This document shows, in pieces, positions 60,465-64,000 of a stretch of DNA of 64,000 nt. Position 1 is the first letter of the stretch. Every line of letters starts with the position of its first letter. The notes under the pieces were generated by a model that worked only from the letters and a program-made list of their open reading frames with translations, did no database searches and was not told the origin of the DNA. This DNA comes from an uncultured Planctomycetota bacterium (GTDB lineage: Bacteria; Planctomycetota; Planctomycetia; Isosphaerales; Isosphaeraceae), in NCBI GenBank assembly GCA_963823665.1, contig CAWGMQ010000002.1:128001-192000 (forward strand), read 5' to 3'. The position numbers were made by a program, and so were the translations under genes.

Positions 60465-61790
60465 ATGGAATTCGAACGCGGCACCTTCTCTCGTCGGGGA
60501 TTTCTGGATCGCTCGCTGACGGCACTTGCACTCAGCGGTCTACCGCTTTGGTACGCTCGCGACGTTCTGGCTGACTTCGAGCAGCAAAACGCCCAGGACG
60601 AGAAGGCCAAGAAGGCCGGACCGAACGACCAGATCGTGATGGCGGCCATCGGCGTGGGAGGGCAGGGCACTGGCATCATGAAGTGGGCCAAGGGGAAGCC
60701 GGGTGTCAAGTTCGTCGCCGTCTGCGACATCGACTCAACCCACGCCAAGAAAGCAGTCAAGGAAATCGGCACCGATTGCGTCGAATACCATGATTTCCGT
60801 GAGCTCCTGGGCCGCCACGACCTGAACGCCGTCACAATCGGCACCGTCGATCACTGGCACGCGCTGACCTCGATCGCTGCCATGAAGGCTGGCTGCGACG
60901 TTTACTGCGAAAAGCCCCTCTCCCTGACCATCGAAGAAGGCAAGGCGATGGTCCAGGCAGCTCGAAAATACGACCGTGTCTTCCAGACCGGAAGCCAGCA
61001 GCGCTCTGACGATCGCTACCGGCTGGCCTGCGAGCTGGTACGCAACGGACGGATCGGCAAGGTCCACACGGTCGAGGCTCGTATCGGCGACAACCCGATT
61101 GGCGGTCCCTTCAAAACGAGCGCCGTTCCCGAAGGCCTCGACTGGGATTTCTGGAAAGGCCCCACCGCTGACATCCCTTACGTCAAAGAACGATGTCATT
61201 ATGAATTCAGGTGGTGGTATGAGTACAGCGGCGGCAAGCTCACCGACTGGGGTGCTCACCACAACGACATCGCCCAGTGGGGCCTGGGCAAGGACGGATC
61301 AGGCCCGGTGAACGTCACGGCGACCGGCCTCGCGCCCTCAAAGGAACCCAATAGCTACAACTGTCACCCGCACTTCGCCGTGACGTACACTTACTCGGAC
61401 GGCACCCACCTGATCACCTCAAGTGACGGTGAAAACGGCAACCGCTTCATCGGTGCAAAGGGGTGGATCTTCGTCAATCGCGAGCGCATCGAAGCCAGCG
61501 ATCCCAAGCTCATCGACGAGCCTCTTCCGAAGGACGCGACACGACTCTACGTCTCGAATGACCACATGGGCAACTTCATCGATGGAATTCGAACCAGAAA
61601 GCGATGCATCTGCGACGTCGAGGTTGGCTACCGCTCGGTGACTGTCTGCCACCTGGGCGCAATCGCGCTGCGCCTGGGCATCCCGCTCAACTGGGACCCC
61701 GAAGCCGAGAAGTTCGTCGGCCCCCGCTCCGAAAAAGGCAATGCCATGATCTCACGCGAAATGCGCTCCCCCTGGCGGCTTGAAGGCTAG
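60465..61790 (+). CDS. Tat-exported Gfo/Idh/MocA oxidoreductase
   Basis: SRRGFL, IGVGGQG, DHWH, YCEKP, GSQQRS, DWGAHH. Confidence 0.93.
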   Translation: MEFERGTFSRRGFLDRSLTALALSGLPLWYARDVLADFEQQNAQDEKAKKAGPNDQIVMAAIGVGGQGTGIMKWAKGKPGVKFVAVCDIDSTHAKKAVKEIGTDCVEYHDFRELLGRHDLNAVTIGTVDHWHALTSIAAMKAGCDVYCEKPLSLTIEEGKAMVQAARKYDRVFQTGSQQRSDDRYRLACELVRNGRIGKVHTVEARIGDNPIGGPFKTSAVPEGLDWDFWKGPTADIPYVKERCHYEFRWWYEYSGGKLTDWGAHHNDIAQWGLGKDGSGPVNVTATGLAPSKEPNSYNCHPHFAVTYTYSDGTHLITSSDGENGNRFIGAKGWIFVNRERIEASDPKLIDEPLPKDATRLYVSNDHMGNFIDGIRTRKRCICDVEVGYRSVTVCHLGAIALRLGIPLNWDPEAEKFVGPRSEKGNAMISREMRSPWRLEG

Positions 61791-63259
61791 ACTTTCTGAG
61801 CCTCGACACTCTTCTCGGGATCGATCAAGCTCCACAGAATTATGCCGACCAAGGCAATCGCCACGTAAACGTAGAAGCCAGGGTCCCACTGCGCTCTCCC
61901 GGTGTAGCCCAGCCCTCCCATCCAGTCGGCAAATCGGCCCAGAAAGATCTGGGAGGAGATCCCTCCGACAGCTCCCAGCATGTTCATCATTCCGAAGAGG
62001 GCACCCAGGTGTCGGCCGCTCACTTGTGTGGCGCTGGCCCACCACGCGGGAACCTGGATCTGGATGCCGAAGCACGCAATGGCGACGAAGATCGAGGCCA
62101 ACATATTCGATTCGGTGAAGATGCTGGCCAGCAACCCGCCCGCGGCAATCGCTGCACCCACCACGCTCTGCGCCGTGCGGCCCCAGCGCCGGTTTCCGGT
62201 CACGGCAACCAGCCAATCTGTCAACCGTCCGCCAAAATAACAGCCCAGAGCACCGCCGCCCAGCACCAAAGTGGTCAACCAGCTTGACAGATCAGGTGAG
62301 ACTCCGCGAGCCGACTGCAGATACTTTGGATACCAAGAAAACAACATGTAATAGACACCGGACATCGTCATCATCGCACCACCCAACAGCCAGATATTGG
62401 CACACGGGAGGACCTTGCTCCATGGAATCGGCTCGTGCGCTCCGGTGGAATGCTCATCGACCTTGATCAGATCGGGCGCCGGCACCTCGAACTCAGTCCA
62501 TTGGGCCTTGCGCGGCCCTGGCCCGCTCGAAATCAACTCTCGTTCAGCACTGTTGACCGCGCGGTGCTCGGCCGGATCATCACGAAACCAGAGATAAAAT
62601 GAGATCGCCCAGGTCAGCCCGATCAAACCAAAGACCACAAAAGTCCACCGCCAACCGAATCCGGCATATGTAGAGCGCCAGCCGAATGCGTCGAGGTTCC
62701 ATACCCTGCCGAGACCATTGATCAGGAATTGCGACGCGACTGGCGCGGCGGCGCCGCCGATCATCATGCCCGTTGTGACAATTCCCTGCGCCTCGCCACG
62801 AGCCGATTCTGGAAACCATTGCCGCAAGATCCGCGCCGAATTCGGCAATGCCCCCGCTTCGCCCGCCCCGAACAGGAATCGCACTGCCAGCAGCATCCAA
62901 AGACCTGTCGCTGCGCCGGTGAGTGCGGTGAAGAACGACCACCAGACCACAATCCGTGTGAGCACGCCACGCGAGCCGTAGCGATCTCCCCAGCGCCCGG
63001 TCGGGATCTCGAATACCGCGTAAGCCAGCGTGAACGCCGCGTGCACAAAGCCGAGCGCCGTGTCCGACAGCCCCAGCTCCCCTTGCATCATCGGCGCCGC
63101 CTGGCCAAGGCAAACTCGGTCGAGATAAAGCACAAACGTCATCACCGCCAGAAAGGCCAGTACGCGATAGCGCACCCACGTGGGCCGCTCATCCTCAATA
63201 AAGTGAGGCGTCTCTTCCGTCGAATCGACGTCGGTCCCCGGCCCAGGCAGATCGCTCAT
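61787..63259 (-). CDS. MFS transporter (anion:cation symporter / sugar-acid type)
   Basis: YLDRV, G.WGDRYGSR, RFLFGAGEAG, WFP...RG. Confidence 0.92.
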   Translation of the reverse strand: MSDLPGPGTDVDSTEETPHFIEDERPTWVRYRVLAFLAVMTFVLYLDRVCLGQAAPMMQGELGLSDTALGFVHAAFTLAYAVFEIPTGRWGDRYGSRGVLTRIVVWWSFFTALTGAATGLWMLLAVRFLFGAGEAGALPNSARILRQWFPESARGEAQGIVTTGMMIGGAAAPVASQFLINGLGRVWNLDAFGWRSTYAGFGWRWTFVVFGLIGLTWAISFYLWFRDDPAEHRAVNSAERELISSGPGPRKAQWTEFEVPAPDLIKVDEHSTGAHEPIPWSKVLPCANIWLLGGAMMTMSGVYYMLFSWYPKYLQSARGVSPDLSSWLTTLVLGGGALGCYFGGRLTDWLVAVTGNRRWGRTAQSVVGAAIAAGGLLASIFTESNMLASIFVAIACFGIQIQVPAWWASATQVSGRHLGALFGMMNMLGAVGGISSQIFLGRFADWMGGLGYTGRAQWDPGFYVYVAIALVGIILWSLIDPEKSVEAQKV

Positions 63260-63321
63260 GAGCGTGGAAGCTCCAGGATATGGGTGAAGCGCAGCGCCAG
63301 GAATGACACGATCAAACGGGT

Positions 63322-64000
63322 CTACTTTGTCGCCACCGACCGAGCTTTGGCCATCACCGCCTCGATCTCGACCGGCTTCCCTCCCTGGCGCTTGCTCTCG
63401 TCAGCGGCTTCCATGAACGCGAAAATCTCGATCGTCTCCTCGGCACTCACCGGCGGCTTGCCTGTCTTGAAGAACTTGACGATTTCGACCACCAGCGGCT
63501 CATATCCGCCGTATCCACCGCTGGGAGCAATTCCCTTCGTCCCGAAGACTGTCCCACCATAGTCATGATGACCCTGGCGAACACCGCGAAACGTGCCGAT
63601 GCGTCCCCCCTTCCAAACCCCGGTGACCAGCTCACTTCCCTCGGTCTGAACTCGGGAGACTTTCTCGCAGCCGGTCCCCATAATCGTGAACAGGGTCTCG
63701 ACTCCGTGCACGCCGTACCAGAAGAGGTCGGGATGGTGCTCTTCGAGCGAGCATGGGCCATAGGCGTCACAGCCGAGCACGTCGCCGACTTTGGCATTCG
63801 TACGCATTCCAGCAATACCAGGGCTATAGCGGAGCGAAGAGCTGGAGAAGCACGGCGTGTTGGTCTTCCTCGCCAGTTCGAAGATGGCAATCGCATCAGC
63901 CAGCGAGCCGGCGACCGGCTTGTCAATGAACACCGGCTTGTGCGCCTGGAAAACTGGCCGGGCTTGCTCGAGATGCGGCCGGCCATCGACGCTTTCCAGC
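63322..64000 (-). CDS. Gfo/Idh/MocA-family oxidoreductase (5' end outside the window)
   Basis: ESVDGRPHLEQ, FIDKP, FSSSSLRY, WYGVHGVE. Confidence 0.88.
   Translation of the reverse strand, partial: LESVDGRPHLEQARPVFQAHKPVFIDKPVAGSLADAIAIFELARKTNTPCFSSSSLRYSPGIAGMRTNAKVGDVLGCDAYGPCSLEEHHPDLFWYGVHGVETLFTIMGTGCEKVSRVQTEGSELVTGVWKGGRIGTFRGVRQGHHDYGGTVFGTKGIAPSGGYGGYEPLVVEIVKFFKTGKPPVSAEETIEIFAFMEAADESKRQGGKPVEIEAVMAKARSVATK

Overview
GC-rich bacterial DNA whose gene repertoire (PVC-type CxxCH heme proteins, DUF1501/PSD1 pair, Tat-exported Gfo/Idh/MocA enzymes, WD40 Ser/Thr kinases, extended ECF sigma factors) points to a Planctomycete; an Isosphaeraceae-like origin is an inference. No rRNA, tRNA or CRISPR array was seen. 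The most notable locus is a minus-strand lasso peptide (RiPP) cluster at ~23.7-27.4 kb. It has two related precursors that lack the canonical penultimate leader Thr and share a G1...D9-GPxRW(F/Y)F core, a fused B1-B2 protein and a cyclase. Two unannotated, mutually similar 17-aa micro-ORFs sit upstream, and an ECF43-like sigma / Ser-Thr kinase pair is divergently transcribed. This ~10.6 kb block is bracketed by a 46-bp direct repeat, one copy of which lies inside a kynB-like cyclase gene. Other highlights: an ECF sigma factor fused via a TM helix to a di-heme (2x CxxCH) domain; a complete IS3-family element (CTTG target duplication) in codon 6 of blaI, followed by a decayed blaR1-like gene; an orphan DUF433 antitoxin followed by a toxin C-terminal remnant; and an ABC permease-M1 aminopeptidase fusion. 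Many genes in the first 33 kb carry single-base frameshifts or isolated in-frame stops, which may be assembly errors rather than true pseudogenes. All family calls come from motif recognition by eye; no database search was run.
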